In this document: piece by piece, positions 1 to 9,070 of the stretch
Layout of the letters: each line of letters starts with the position of its first letter
Numbering within the stretch: position 1 is the first letter of the stretch
Origin: an uncultured bacterium
GTDB taxonomy: Bacteria > Fidelibacterota > Marinisomatia > SCGC-AAA003-L08 > D37C17
Length of the DNA: 64,000 nucleotides
Direction of reading: 5' to 3'
Assembly: GCA_964429875.1 (NCBI GenBank)
Contig: CAYSDL010000002.1
Coordinates: 5,270-69,269 of the forward strand
Translations under genes and position numbers: made by a program
Notes under the pieces: model-generated
What the model saw: only the letters and a program-made list of their open reading frames with translations
What the model was told of the DNA's origin: nothing
The model's database searches: none

Positions 1-1
1 T

Positions 2-2671
2 GAAAACATAGATAGTTATCTATGTGGAATAGATAGTAGTAATGTTTATGTTGATTCAGAAATTGAACAAGAATGTATTAATAATAACTGTGGTACCTTT
101 GATAATCCTTTTAAAACTATTTCACGAGCAATGTCTATGATACTTCCAACTGAAGTAAATCCAATTACTATACATTTAATTGGATCTATATATTCGGATA
201 GCAACAATCAAGAAATATTTCCAATATGCATGATAGATCATACTAATATAATTGGAGAAAATAGAGACATAACTTTTTTAGATGCAAATTTACAAAATAG
301 AGTTATTTCATTTGATGATGTTATAAACAGTTCACTTTCAAATATTACTATACAAAATGGTATAACAGAAAGCTACTATGACGGTGCTGGAATATATTTA
401 AACTTATCTAATGTTATTTTTGACAGTGTTTCTTTACTAAACAATCATGCATCAGATGATGGTGGTGATATATGTTCTGATAATTCTAGCATAACCATTA
501 ATAATAGTTTAATTGAAAATAATATATCTGAAGATAATGGAGGAGGGATATGCGCTGTTAATTCAAATATTACTATAAGTAATACAACATTAAATAATAA
601 TATTGCAAGAGATGAAGGTGGTGGCATATGGTCTGGGATTATATCTGGGATAACATTGATTAATTCCAAAATAATAAATAATCAATCAAAATTAGGTGGT
701 GGTATATTTTTTTTCTATCCTGGTATTTTTTCATCAATTGGAAATTCAAATATCTATTTAAACAATTCAAATATCGGCAATGATCTTTATTCAATCAGTA
801 ATGATATTATATCCGTAGTAATAGACACGTTTACAGTTCAATATCCTTCTGAGTATCATGCATTCCCAATTAATAATTTTTCATTTGATATTAATGATGG
901 GATTTTACCTAATATTGGCATAGATAGCGATTCGGTATATGTTTCTGTACATGAAGGGTCTAATCTTAATGATGGATCTCAAAATTTTCCTTTAAAGAGT
1001 ATCCGTTATGCATTAGCAACTTTATACATAAATGAAAATAATCCAAAAGAAATAATTTTAGATGAAGGTATTTACAGTAATTCATTGACAAATGAGAACT
1101 ATCCAATTCCTGTTATTAATAATTTAACAATAAGTGGACAAGGGCCAATTCTTACAATTTTAGATGGTGAACAAAATTCACAAATTTTATCTATGTATGA
1201 ATCTCATAACTCTACGATAAAAGGATTATCTATTATAAATGGATATAGTGAAATAGGAGGAGGAATATATTGTAAAAATTCATATCCTGAATTTATAGAT
1301 TTGTCTGTTAGAAACAATACAGCATATTTTAGCGGTGGAGGTATATATTTAGATAATTCTACACCTGAATTTAGTGATGACAATCAATTCCTATGTAGTA
1401 TTTATAACAATGAGGCTCCATTAGGTAAAGATATTGTTTCATATGATACATTTATTGAGGCTACACTAGACACTTTCACTGTTATGTTTCCAACAAGTGT
1501 TTATGCGCATCCATTAGAAAACTTTAACATAGAACCACTCAACAATATTTTGGAGCAAATCCCAAACTATATATATATATCAACAAATGGTGACGATATA
1601 ATTGGTAATGGCAGTGAGTCTAACCCTTTTGCAAGCCTAACACATGCATTATCTGTCGCTATTTCTAATAATGAAGTTCCATTAACAATTTTTATAGATG
1701 AAGGTTATTATAATTACAATGAAGACTTTCCAATTAATCTAATTGATAATATTAGAATTAAAGGTTCTGGAGCAGAATTTACTATAATAGATGGGAATCG
1801 ACAATCAAGGATATTCAATATAAATAATATAAATAATGTTATCATCGAAGATATCTCAATTAAAGATGGAAAAGTTCAATCTTTATGTTCAGAAACTGAT
1901 CCATTCTATGCAACTGGTGGAGGTATTAGAATTGAAGAATCTTCTAATATCAAGATTGTAAATACTATTCTTTATAATAATTCTCTTGAAGGAGGATATT
2001 TTACAGAATGGCATGATACAGGGTATGAATCTACTTCATATTGTAATGCTCGTGGAGGCGCTATCTATATTAAAACATCAGATTTGGATATTATAAATTG
2101 TTCTTTGATTGACAATTCTATACAAAATAATATTTCTAGTTATGAAACTTATTTTGGTTCTGGTATATATATATCATCAGAATCTAATGTTAATATATAT
2201 AATTCTATTTTATGGGATAATCATATTTTCCTTCCTGAATGGCAAGGAAATGATAACTTGCTAACTAACAGTTCATCTGAAGTAAATGTTCTATTTTCTA
2301 ATATAGAAGAAGATGATTATTGGGGAACTATGTCATTAGATCCATTATTTGATACAAATCAAAATTTCCCTTATATCTTATCTTCTCTTTCTCCATGCAT
2401 TGATTCTGGAACAGCAGATTTTGATGGAGATGGCATTGATGATATAGTTAATTATTTGGGTTTAGCTCCTGACATGGGTGCAATTGAATCATTCCCTCCC
2501 ATTTCACTTGGAGATCTTAATCAAGATTATCAATTAAATATTTTCGATATAATTATTCTTGTTGAATATGCGTTAGATGGCGAATACGTTTCAATCGGCG
2601 ATCTCAATCAAGATGAAACTATAGACGTTTTAGACATTATAGCCCTTGTTTCACTCATTCTAGATAATTAA
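2..2671 (+). CDS. Secreted multi-module right-handed beta-helix protein (Pmp/PbH1-like GGxI repeats) with C-terminal dockerin-like module; 5'-partial, runs off the window start
   Basis: I read frame 2 codon by codon from nt 2 and found no stop before the ATG at 131 used by the ORF track. The upstream residues ...NVYVDSEIEQECINNNCGTFDNPFKTISRAM repeat a cap motif seen twice more (VYVSVHEGSNLNDGSQNFPLKSIRYALA; IYISTNGDDIIGNGSESNPFASLTHALS). There are nine GG[GA]I-type turns (DNGGGICA, DEGGGIWS, KLGGGIFF, EIGGGIYC, FSGGGIYL, ATGGGIRI, ARGGAIYI and others). The last 54 aa form a duplicated GDLNQD...LDII.LV module. Confidence 0.8.
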   Translation, partial: ENIDSYLCGIDSSNVYVDSEIEQECINNNCGTFDNPFKTISRAMSMILPTEVNPITIHLIGSIYSDSNNQEIFPICMIDHTNIIGENRDITFLDANLQNRVISFDDVINSSLSNITIQNGITESYYDGAGIYLNLSNVIFDSVSLLNNHASDDGGDICSDNSSITINNSLIENNISEDNGGGICAVNSNITISNTTLNNNIARDEGGGIWSGIISGITLINSKIINNQSKLGGGIFFFYPGIFSSIGNSNIYLNNSNIGNDLYSISNDIISVVIDTFTVQYPSEYHAFPINNFSFDINDGILPNIGIDSDSVYVSVHEGSNLNDGSQNFPLKSIRYALATLYINENNPKEIILDEGIYSNSLTNENYPIPVINNLTISGQGPILTILDGEQNSQILSMYESHNSTIKGLSIINGYSEIGGGIYCKNSYPEFIDLSVRNNTAYFSGGGIYLDNSTPEFSDDNQFLCSIYNNEAPLGKDIVSYDTFIEATLDTFTVMFPTSVYAHPLENFNIEPLNNILEQIPNYIYISTNGDDIIGNGSESNPFASLTHALSVAISNNEVPLTIFIDEGYYNYNEDFPINLIDNIRIKGSGAEFTIIDGNRQSRIFNINNINNVIIEDISIKDGKVQSLCSETDPFYATGGGIRIEESSNIKIVNTILYNNSLEGGYFTEWHDTGYESTSYCNARGGAIYIKTSDLDIINCSLIDNSIQNNISSYETYFGSGIYISSESNVNIYNSILWDNHIFLPEWQGNDNLLTNSSSEVNVLFSNIEEDDYWGTMSLDPLFDTNQNFPYILSSLSPCIDSGTADFDGDGIDDIVNYLGLAPDMGAIESFPPISLGDLNQDYQLNIFDIIILVEYALDGEYVSIGDLNQDETIDVLDIIALVSLILDN
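2507..2668 (+). other. Dockerin-like C-terminal module 1 (two Ca-loop plus helix segments)
   Basis: LGDLNQDYQLNIFDIIILVEYAL-DGEYVSI-GDLNQDETIDVLDIIALVSLILDN, followed directly by the stop codon. Confidence 0.7.
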
Positions 2672-2695
2672 ACATAATTAATTTATATCTAATAA

Positions 2696-3586
2696 ATGAA
2701 CCACCAATCAAATAAACCACTATTTCTTTCTACCTGGGAACATGGCTATAAAGCTAACATATGTGGAATAAATTTATTAAAAAATGATTTCTGTGCATTG
2801 GATTCTATTGAAGAGGCAGCTAAAATCACTGAATTAGATGAGAATGTCAGAACAGTAGGAGTTGGTGGTTATACAGATAATGCAGGAGATGTTACTCTAG
2901 ATGCTAGCATCATGGACCATAATGGTAACGCTGGATCAGTTGCCTTTGTTAAAAATATATCTCACCCTCTATCACTAGCTAGAACCGTCATGGAAAAGTC
3001 TAAACATGTTATGCTAGTAGGTGAGGGGGCTGAAATATTTGCTTCAGAAAATGGTTATAAATTTACCAATATAGCTACAGACAAATCATTAATTGATTAT
3101 GAAAAATGGAAAATCAACAAAAATACAGCTCCTGTAAATCAAGATAATCACGATACAATAACTCTTATAGCACTTGATAAAGAGGGTAGTATTGCTGCAG
3201 GAAGTACAACAAGTGGCCTTGCATATAAAAGCAAAGGCAGGGTAGGTGATAGTCCAATCATTGGTTCGGGTATTTATGTCGATGGCAATGTTGGTGCAGC
3301 TGGTGCAACTGGATTCGGGGAGGAAATTATGAAAAATGTTGGTAGTTTTCTTATTGTTGAGTTAATGTCTCAAGGATATTCCCCGAATGAAGCGTGCAGA
3401 GAAGCTGTAAATAGAACACTTAAAAAGCACAATTTTAAATTTAAAGAACAAATAGCTTATATTGCATTAAGGAATGATGGTGAATATGGGGCAGCTGCTG
3501 CAAATGATAAATTTTTCCTTAATGTATCAACTCCTTCAAAAACAAAAACTATTAAAATTTCCGGATGCATAACATCTGATGCTTAA
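2696..3586 (+). CDS. Glycosylasparaginase / isoaspartyl peptidase (Ntn-hydrolase, asparaginase-2 family)
   Basis: Family motifs NHDTITLIALD (D-T autoprocessing site), AAGSTTSGLAYKSKGRVGDSPIIGSGIYVD and GAAGATGFGEEIM. Confidence 0.85.
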   Translation: MNHQSNKPLFLSTWEHGYKANICGINLLKNDFCALDSIEEAAKITELDENVRTVGVGGYTDNAGDVTLDASIMDHNGNAGSVAFVKNISHPLSLARTVMEKSKHVMLVGEGAEIFASENGYKFTNIATDKSLIDYEKWKINKNTAPVNQDNHDTITLIALDKEGSIAAGSTTSGLAYKSKGRVGDSPIIGSGIYVDGNVGAAGATGFGEEIMKNVGSFLIVELMSQGYSPNEACREAVNRTLKKHNFKFKEQIAYIALRNDGEYGAAAANDKFFLNVSTPSKTKTIKISGCITSDA

Positions 3587-5402
3587 ATCAGGCAAATTAT
3601 CTACATTTCTATTACTTATCCCCTTTATTTTTACACCTTTTGTAATCTCTTCTGATTTAACAGATTCATCATTATTTCCAAAGCACATATTTATTATTAT
3701 TTCATTTTTTTTTATTTCTATTTACTTATCCTTAAGAAATAACTATTTATATGATAAAAATATTTTCATTTACATGATTATATTTTTTGGTTATTGTTTA
3801 TCAACTTCATATATACATTCATTTAATTTCAATAAATCGATTTGGGATATTGTTTTTCAATTATCATGGTTTTTTATTCTCATTACATTTATAAATATTC
3901 TTAATAAAGAATTAATTACATGTATTCTTATTTCAACTTCATTAGTGTCAGGCCTCTTATCGCTCATATGTATAAATGACTTATTAAATATTTTTAGTTT
4001 AGACATTCCATCAAAAGGATTGATGAGCGCAACGTTTGGATATAGAAATTATTTTTCGCAATATTTATGTTTTTCAATTCCTGCAGGACTTATATCAATC
4101 ATGATTATATCAAATAAAAAAGTTAGATATTTATTATTATTATGCACTTCATTGTCTTTAGTGTCACTTTTTTTAACAAGAACAAGAGCGGCATGGATCG
4201 CAATATTTGTGATCTTTATTATTTTTATATATATAAATAGAAATTTTTTATTTAATGCAATTAAAACAAATATTAAAAATAAATGCTCTATTTTGTTTAT
4301 ATCTGCGTTTATATTTGTTTTTTCGTTTATTCTTTCTATCCCAATTACAGGTTCTACAACATCAACAGACACAATGGATGTAAATAAAACTACAATATCT
4401 CAGACTCTTTCAACTTTATTTAACTTTGATAAGTCCTCATTCGGAGATCGATATAATATGTATAAATCAACAGGAAAAATGATAAATGATCATTTTTTAT
4501 TTGGTGTTGGTGTTGGAAATTGGTATATAAATTATCCATTCTACTCTAGAAATAACCAAACAGATATTGATGATAAAGTATGGAAATATGATAAAATCAT
4601 AAAAAGACCCCATAATGATTTTTTATTAATATTTTCTGAAATAGGCTCAGTAGGTCTATTACTTATTTTAATACCTATGCTATACTATCTTAGATATATT
4701 TTTAAGAGCTTAATTAACAAAGATGAATATTTCTATATAAATCAATTCTGCCTTTTAGCACTGATATGTATATTTATTGAATCAATGTTCGATTTTCCTA
4801 AAGAAAGAATTATGCCCAACTTATATTTTTTCTTTATCATCGCAATAATACATCAACAGATTTATAAATCAAAAATCAAAGAAACTAATTTTGTTTTACC
4901 ATTATTATCAACTTTTGTTTTCTTATCTTTTCTATTATTTAAAATTAATGATATTAACAATGATAAAGATTTTGCTGTTTTAAAACAGCTAAACAAAGAT
5001 AAAAGGTTCTCAGAATCAACTATCTTGGCAGAGAAAGTGCTAAAATTCAGAAATGTTGACTATTCTGGAACACCTATATATTATTATCTAGGTATTTCAG
5101 CTTATAATAATAAAGAATTAGATAAAGCTAATAATTATTTCAATAAAGGATTATCATTATTTCCATATCATTTAGGGCTCCTTGGCAATAGTCTTATTAT
5201 CAATGGAAAAACAGAAGATATTGATAAAGCGTACGATAAAATGCTCTTAATCAAATCATTATATCCAAAATTAATTAAACCCCAAATTGATATGGCAAAA
5301 ATTTATATCAACCAAAATAATATGAAAAAAGCAAGAAGAGTATTATTAGATATTAATTATGAAAATGATGAAATTCTTAGCCTTTTGTTATCAACAAAGT
5401 AG
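3579..5402 (+). CDS. O-antigen ligase / Wzy_C-domain polytopic membrane protein with C-terminal TPR region
   Basis: Many TM helices. TRTRAAWIAIFV and KRPHNDFLLIFSEIGSVGLLL resemble the Wzy_C/O-antigen ligase loop. The C-terminal ~130 aa are TPR-like (YYYLGISAYNNKELDKANNYFNKGLSLFP). The start overlaps the upstream stop by 8 nt. Confidence 0.75.
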   Translation: MLKSGKLSTFLLLIPFIFTPFVISSDLTDSSLFPKHIFIIISFFFISIYLSLRNNYLYDKNIFIYMIIFFGYCLSTSYIHSFNFNKSIWDIVFQLSWFFILITFINILNKELITCILISTSLVSGLLSLICINDLLNIFSLDIPSKGLMSATFGYRNYFSQYLCFSIPAGLISIMIISNKKVRYLLLLCTSLSLVSLFLTRTRAAWIAIFVIFIIFIYINRNFLFNAIKTNIKNKCSILFISAFIFVFSFILSIPITGSTTSTDTMDVNKTTISQTLSTLFNFDKSSFGDRYNMYKSTGKMINDHFLFGVGVGNWYINYPFYSRNNQTDIDDKVWKYDKIIKRPHNDFLLIFSEIGSVGLLLILIPMLYYLRYIFKSLINKDEYFYINQFCLLALICIFIESMFDFPKERIMPNLYFFFIIAIIHQQIYKSKIKETNFVLPLLSTFVFLSFLLFKINDINNDKDFAVLKQLNKDKRFSESTILAEKVLKFRNVDYSGTPIYYYLGISAYNNKELDKANNYFNKGLSLFPYHLGLLGNSLIINGKTEDIDKAYDKMLLIKSLYPKLIKPQIDMAKIYINQNNMKKARRVLLDINYENDEILSLLLSTK

Positions 5403-5505
5403 TCCAACGATATTCTTGTATATATTCCAATTTATAACTAAATTCTAAACATATATTTTTACTTATAAATTTTAAATATTTTCAATTTCTTTTAGAGGAG
5501 GAAAA

Positions 5506-6417
5506 ATGATTAATTTAATAAAAGCCTTTTTATTAATTTCAATTTCAATAAACATAAACTTATTTTCAGTTGAACTTAATGTTCCTGAGGATTACGATAA
5601 TATTCAAGCAGCTATAACTTATGCTAATAACGGAGATACCGTAAATGTTGCAACTGGTACATATACAGGTTATGGTAATGTGAATATTAATTTTTATGGT
5701 AAGTCTATCTATCTAAATGGAAATAATTCTACATTAGATGCAGATCATAATCATAGATTATTTTATTTTAATAGTGAAGAAGATACCACTACAGTAGTTG
5801 AAGGATTTACTATACGAGAGGGTGCTTCAGATATAACTGAAGATGGCGATGAATATATTTCAACATTTATGATTTCTGCTCACACAGGTGATCCTGAGTT
5901 ATTTTATTTATCTGACCCATCATCAGGGTATTCAATTGATAATATTGAACCTGAAACACCAGAAAATGTATTTGGTTCCTACAGTTTTATCAATGAAAAT
6001 GATGAGTATATAAGTGATGTTTTTATTAATTGGGATCCGCTTTTAAATACTCCTGATTTTGATTATATTGAAATCTATAATAATGATAATCTTTATGGTT
6101 ATACTATACAAACTGGATCTGCACATGTTTCAATAGAAGATTTTCCATATAGTTTTACTATAAAAGTATATGATTACAATGGAAATAGCTCAGATTTTTC
6201 TTTGCCTTATTTTTCTAATGAGACTTTAGGTGATTTAAATCAGGATCATACAATCAATGTTTCTGATGCAGTGATGATGGTTGATGCAATATTACTTATT
6301 TCTGAAACAGGCATTTTACCAAATGATTTTATATTCACGTTATCAGAGTTATATATAGACAATGAGGTCAATGTCATTGATCTTGTCGCATTAATTAATA
6401 TAATATTAGATATTTAA
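5506..6417 (+). CDS. Secreted protein: short beta-helix cap plus FN3-like region plus C-terminal dockerin-like module
   Basis: AGGAGG Shine-Dalgarno about 8 nt upstream. Signal peptide MINLIKAFLLISISININLFS. Beta-helix cap VPEDYDNIQAAITYANNGDTVNVATGTYTG. C-terminal GDLNQDHTINVSDAVMMVDAILL, then a degenerate second segment IDNEVNVIDLVALINIILDI. Confidence 0.75.
   Translation: MINLIKAFLLISISININLFSVELNVPEDYDNIQAAITYANNGDTVNVATGTYTGYGNVNINFYGKSIYLNGNNSTLDADHNHRLFYFNSEEDTTTVVEGFTIREGASDITEDGDEYISTFMISAHTGDPELFYLSDPSSGYSIDNIEPETPENVFGSYSFINENDEYISDVFINWDPLLNTPDFDYIEIYNNDNLYGYTIQTGSAHVSIEDFPYSFTIKVYDYNGNSSDFSLPYFSNETLGDLNQDHTINVSDAVMMVDAILLISETGILPNDFIFTLSELYIDNEVNVIDLVALINIILDI
6226..6414 (+). 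other. Dockerin-like C-terminal module 2 (second Ca-loop degenerate)
   Basis: LGDLNQDHTINVSDAVMMVDAILL-ISETGILPNDFIFTLSELY-IDNEVNVIDLVALINIILDI, then stop. Confidence 0.6.
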
Positions 6418-6442
6418 TATTTTTTATATTTCCCTTCTAATA

Positions 6443-7462
6443 TTGTTATCTTCAATATTTCCATGCGATTATGGTTATATTCAAATTAATAATACATGTT
6501 ATTTTGAAGATGATATATATGTTTTACAACACTTTATTGACAGTTCTCAGAATTCTATATATCCTCCGCCAGCAGATATGTCTCCATTAGATCTAGGTGT
6601 CCAAGAATGGGAAAATGGTAGAATTACATTTTTTTGTTATTCTTATATAAGTGAAAGTGAATGCTATATTTATGATTATACTTTAAGTGGACAAATTCCT
6701 CCAGAAATAGGCAATTTAACACAGTTAAGACGTCTTATTATTGCTACAACACAATTATCTGGTGAAATACCTCCAGAAATTGGAAATTTAGTAAACTTAA
6801 CTGAACTAAAAATATATATGAGCGATATTTCAGGTAATATTCCAGATGAGATTGGCAATTTGATAAACTTAACAGATTTATATCTTAAAGAAAATAATTT
6901 ATCAGGATCAATTCCAAATGAAATTAACAATTTAACGCAATTAGATAGACTTTTTCTTGAATATAATGATCTAGGTGGACAAATACCTAACTACTTAGAA
7001 AACCTTCAGAATTTAAGATATTTAAATCTTAAACATAATAATTTCAATGGACAAATACCTGAAACTCTTGGAAATCTATCAAATATAATAGGATTAAGTG
7101 TCGCTCATAATGAGTTAACTGGATATATTCCAGAAAATATCTGCAATATAGCAGATAACAATATTTATGTATATTTATACGGCAATGAATTATGTCCTCC
7201 TTACCCTGATTGCCTTACTAACGAACAGCTAAACGGCTCATGGATGACTGGAGGTGGAGTTGAAGATGAACAGGATACCTCAACTTGCCCAGAATGTTTA
7301 ATAGGTGATGCAAACAACGATCTTATATTAAATATTTCTGATGTTCTAATCTTAATAGATCATATCCTCTATGAAAATTATGTTCAATGTTCTGATATGA
7401 ACTTTGATGATGTATTAAATGTTCAAGATGTAATATTGATTCTTAATAATATTATTAATTAA
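6443..7462 (+). CDS. Plant-specific-type leucine-rich repeat protein with C-terminal dockerin-like module (true start probably upstream at a non-canonical codon, 6410-6440)
   Basis: Seven G.IP motifs at exactly 24-aa spacing (G83, 107, 131, 155, 179, 203, 227), e.g. GEIPPEIGNLVNLTELKIYMSDIS and GSIPNEINNLTQLDRLFLEYNDLG. C-terminal GDANNDLILNISDVLILIDHIL...SDMNFDDVLNVQDVILILNNIIN. The ORF-track start is a TTG only 7 residues before a Cys. The frame is open back to 6410 and encodes a hydrophobic stretch, IFNIFYISLLILLSSIFPC. Confidence 0.8.
   Translation: MLSSIFPCDYGYIQINNTCYFEDDIYVLQHFIDSSQNSIYPPPADMSPLDLGVQEWENGRITFFCYSYISESECYIYDYTLSGQIPPEIGNLTQLRRLIIATTQLSGEIPPEIGNLVNLTELKIYMSDISGNIPDEIGNLINLTDLYLKENNLSGSIPNEINNLTQLDRLFLEYNDLGGQIPNYLENLQNLRYLNLKHNNFNGQIPETLGNLSNIIGLSVAHNELTGYIPENICNIADNNIYVYLYGNELCPPYPDCLTNEQLNGSWMTGGGVEDEQDTSTCPECLIGDANNDLILNISDVLILIDHILYENYVQCSDMNFDDVLNVQDVILILNNIIN
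6683..7192 (+). repeat. Coding tandem repeat: about 7 x 72-nt (24-aa) LRR units
   Basis: Periodicity seen directly in the translation. At DNA level, cctccagaaataggcaatttaac and cctccagaaattggaaatttagt recur. Confidence 0.8.
7301..7459 (+). other. Dockerin-like C-terminal module 3
   Basis: IGDANNDLILNISDVLILIDHIL-YENYVQC-SDMNFDDVLNVQDVILILNNIIN, then stop. Confidence 0.7.
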
Positions 7463-7523
7463 GAATTACATAAATTTACATTATGATACTTTTATTATAT
7501 TCTCAAACATTATAATTTAAGAT

Positions 7524-9059
7524 ATGAATATATTTAAAAAATATTACTCAATCTTTTTTATCGTATCAACATTTGCATTTAGTGAACATATTTCTAAAGA
7601 ATATGCATCAGATATTGCAAACAGAGTAAACACTATCTATAATAAAGATAAGACACTAGAAAAATTAATGATTAAGAATATTGATACTATTTCAGAACAT
7701 AATATAGATCTTTTTTATATAGTCAATTTAGATCCTGTAGGTTTTATATTGATTTCTGCTGACAATAGAGCAATACCTTTACTTGGTTACAGCTTTGATA
7801 ATAATTTTAAAATTGACAATGCCCCAACAAACATCAATTGGTTAATAAATAAATTTAAAACTCAGATATCATCTATTATAAATTCAAATATACCAGCTAC
7901 TGAAAGTATTCATCAACAATGGAACAATCTTTTATCAGAAATTATAAGCCAAGAAACAAGAGATGTGTCGCCACTTCTTGATGCAGAGTTTGATCAATCA
8001 GGCGGATGGAATAATGCTGTAACACAGGCAATAGGATTTAATGGCCCCGTTGGATGTGTTGCTGTATCAATGGCTCAAATTATGCATTATTGGAGCTATC
8101 CATATACAGGTGAGGGCTCAAATTATTACGTAGAAGATGATTACGGTTATATTGAAGTTGATTTTAGCACTGCATATTATGATTACGATAATATGGCTGC
8201 TACTTGGGCAACAGCTCCATCACAGCTCCTCTTGTATCATGCAGGCGTATCAGTAAATATGGACTATGAAAATGGTGGATCTGGAGCATGGGTAGTAGGA
8301 TCTTATCCATCAGCACTTTACTCTATGGAAAACTTTTTTTCTTATAGCAATCAAGTATATACTGTATGGAAGGATAATTATTCAACAACAGACTTTAGAA
8401 ACATATTAAAAGAACAATTAGATAATGGAATGCCTGTTATATATAGTGGATATGATTCTAGTGATGGTGGTCATGCATGGAATATTGATGGCTATTCAGG
8501 AAATAATCTTCATTGCAATTGGGGTTGGGGTGGATGGAATAACGGATACTACAATCTAACATCAATGGGTGGTTTTTCTTATGATCAAGTAGCTCTGATA
8601 GGATTAATACCGCCTGCTTTAACTGATCCACCAGCATTGTTTGATTATGAAGTTATAGATGACACTGTTATCTTTATTGATATATCTCAAGAAATAAACG
8701 AATCTGAGCTAATTTCATGGCATTGGGTTTTCGACGATGGAACTTCAAGTACTACATCTTCAGGGTACACAGAACACACATACAGTCAGCCAGGTACATA
8801 CAATGTACAATTGTATGTAACAAATGAATATGGACAATCAGGACCTTCTCATTATGAGCAAATTATTATTGAAGGTGGTACTCTAGGGGATATCAATGAT
8901 GATTCTGTAGCAAACATTTTAGATATAGTTTTGATTGTAAATTTTATTATTGGTTCAGATACACCAACAACATCAGAGTTTTATAGTGCGGATATGAATG
9001 ATGATGGCATTTTAAATATTCTTGATGTTGTTATACTTGTAAATACAATACTGGACTAA
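7524..9059 (+). CDS. Secreted C10-family (streptopain/SpeB-like) cysteine peptidase with PKD domain and C-terminal dockerin-like module
   Basis: Signal peptide MNIFKKYYSIFFIVSTFAFS. Propeptide-like FYIVNLDPVGFILISADNRAIPLLGYSF. Catalytic Cys context GPVGCVAVSMAQIMHYW and His context DGGHAWNIDGY. PKD-like WHWVFDDGTSSTTSSGYTEHTYSQPGTYNVQLYVTNEYGQS. Dockerin-like tail. Confidence 0.85.
   Translation: MNIFKKYYSIFFIVSTFAFSEHISKEYASDIANRVNTIYNKDKTLEKLMIKNIDTISEHNIDLFYIVNLDPVGFILISADNRAIPLLGYSFDNNFKIDNAPTNINWLINKFKTQISSIINSNIPATESIHQQWNNLLSEIISQETRDVSPLLDAEFDQSGGWNNAVTQAIGFNGPVGCVAVSMAQIMHYWSYPYTGEGSNYYVEDDYGYIEVDFSTAYYDYDNMAATWATAPSQLLLYHAGVSVNMDYENGGSGAWVVGSYPSALYSMENFFSYSNQVYTVWKDNYSTTDFRNILKEQLDNGMPVIYSGYDSSDGGHAWNIDGYSGNNLHCNWGWGGWNNGYYNLTSMGGFSYDQVALIGLIPPALTDPPALFDYEVIDDTVIFIDISQEINESELISWHWVFDDGTSSTTSSGYTEHTYSQPGTYNVQLYVTNEYGQSGPSHYEQIIIEGGTLGDINDDSVANILDIVLIVNFIIGSDTPTTSEFYSADMNDDGILNILDVVILVNTILD
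8883..9056 (+). other. Dockerin-like C-terminal module 4
   Basis: LGDINDDSVANILDIVLIVNFII-GSDTPTTSEFYS-ADMNDDGILNILDVVILVNTILD, then stop. Confidence 0.7.
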
Positions 9060-9070
9060 CATATATTCAT

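Noticed and set aside
445-669. Antisense ORF inside the beta-helix gene. Similar antisense ORFs occur at 4049..4372, 6676..6930, 9298..9483, 11085..11456, 12704..13209, 15633..15818, 16611..16820, 17059..17337, 18168..18365 and 18719..19837.
   Set aside because: All lie wholly within longer ORFs on the opposite strand that have clear family motifs. Their translations are low-complexity mirror images (I/L/F/S-rich) with no recognisable domains. These are typical shadow ORFs in AT-rich DNA.
6683-7192. A 72-nt periodic DNA repeat considered as a possible CRISPR-like or non-coding tandem array.
   Set aside because: The periodicity is in-frame, the copies are diverged at the DNA level, and it translates to a regular 24-aa LRR. 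There are no spacer-repeat structure and no cas genes.
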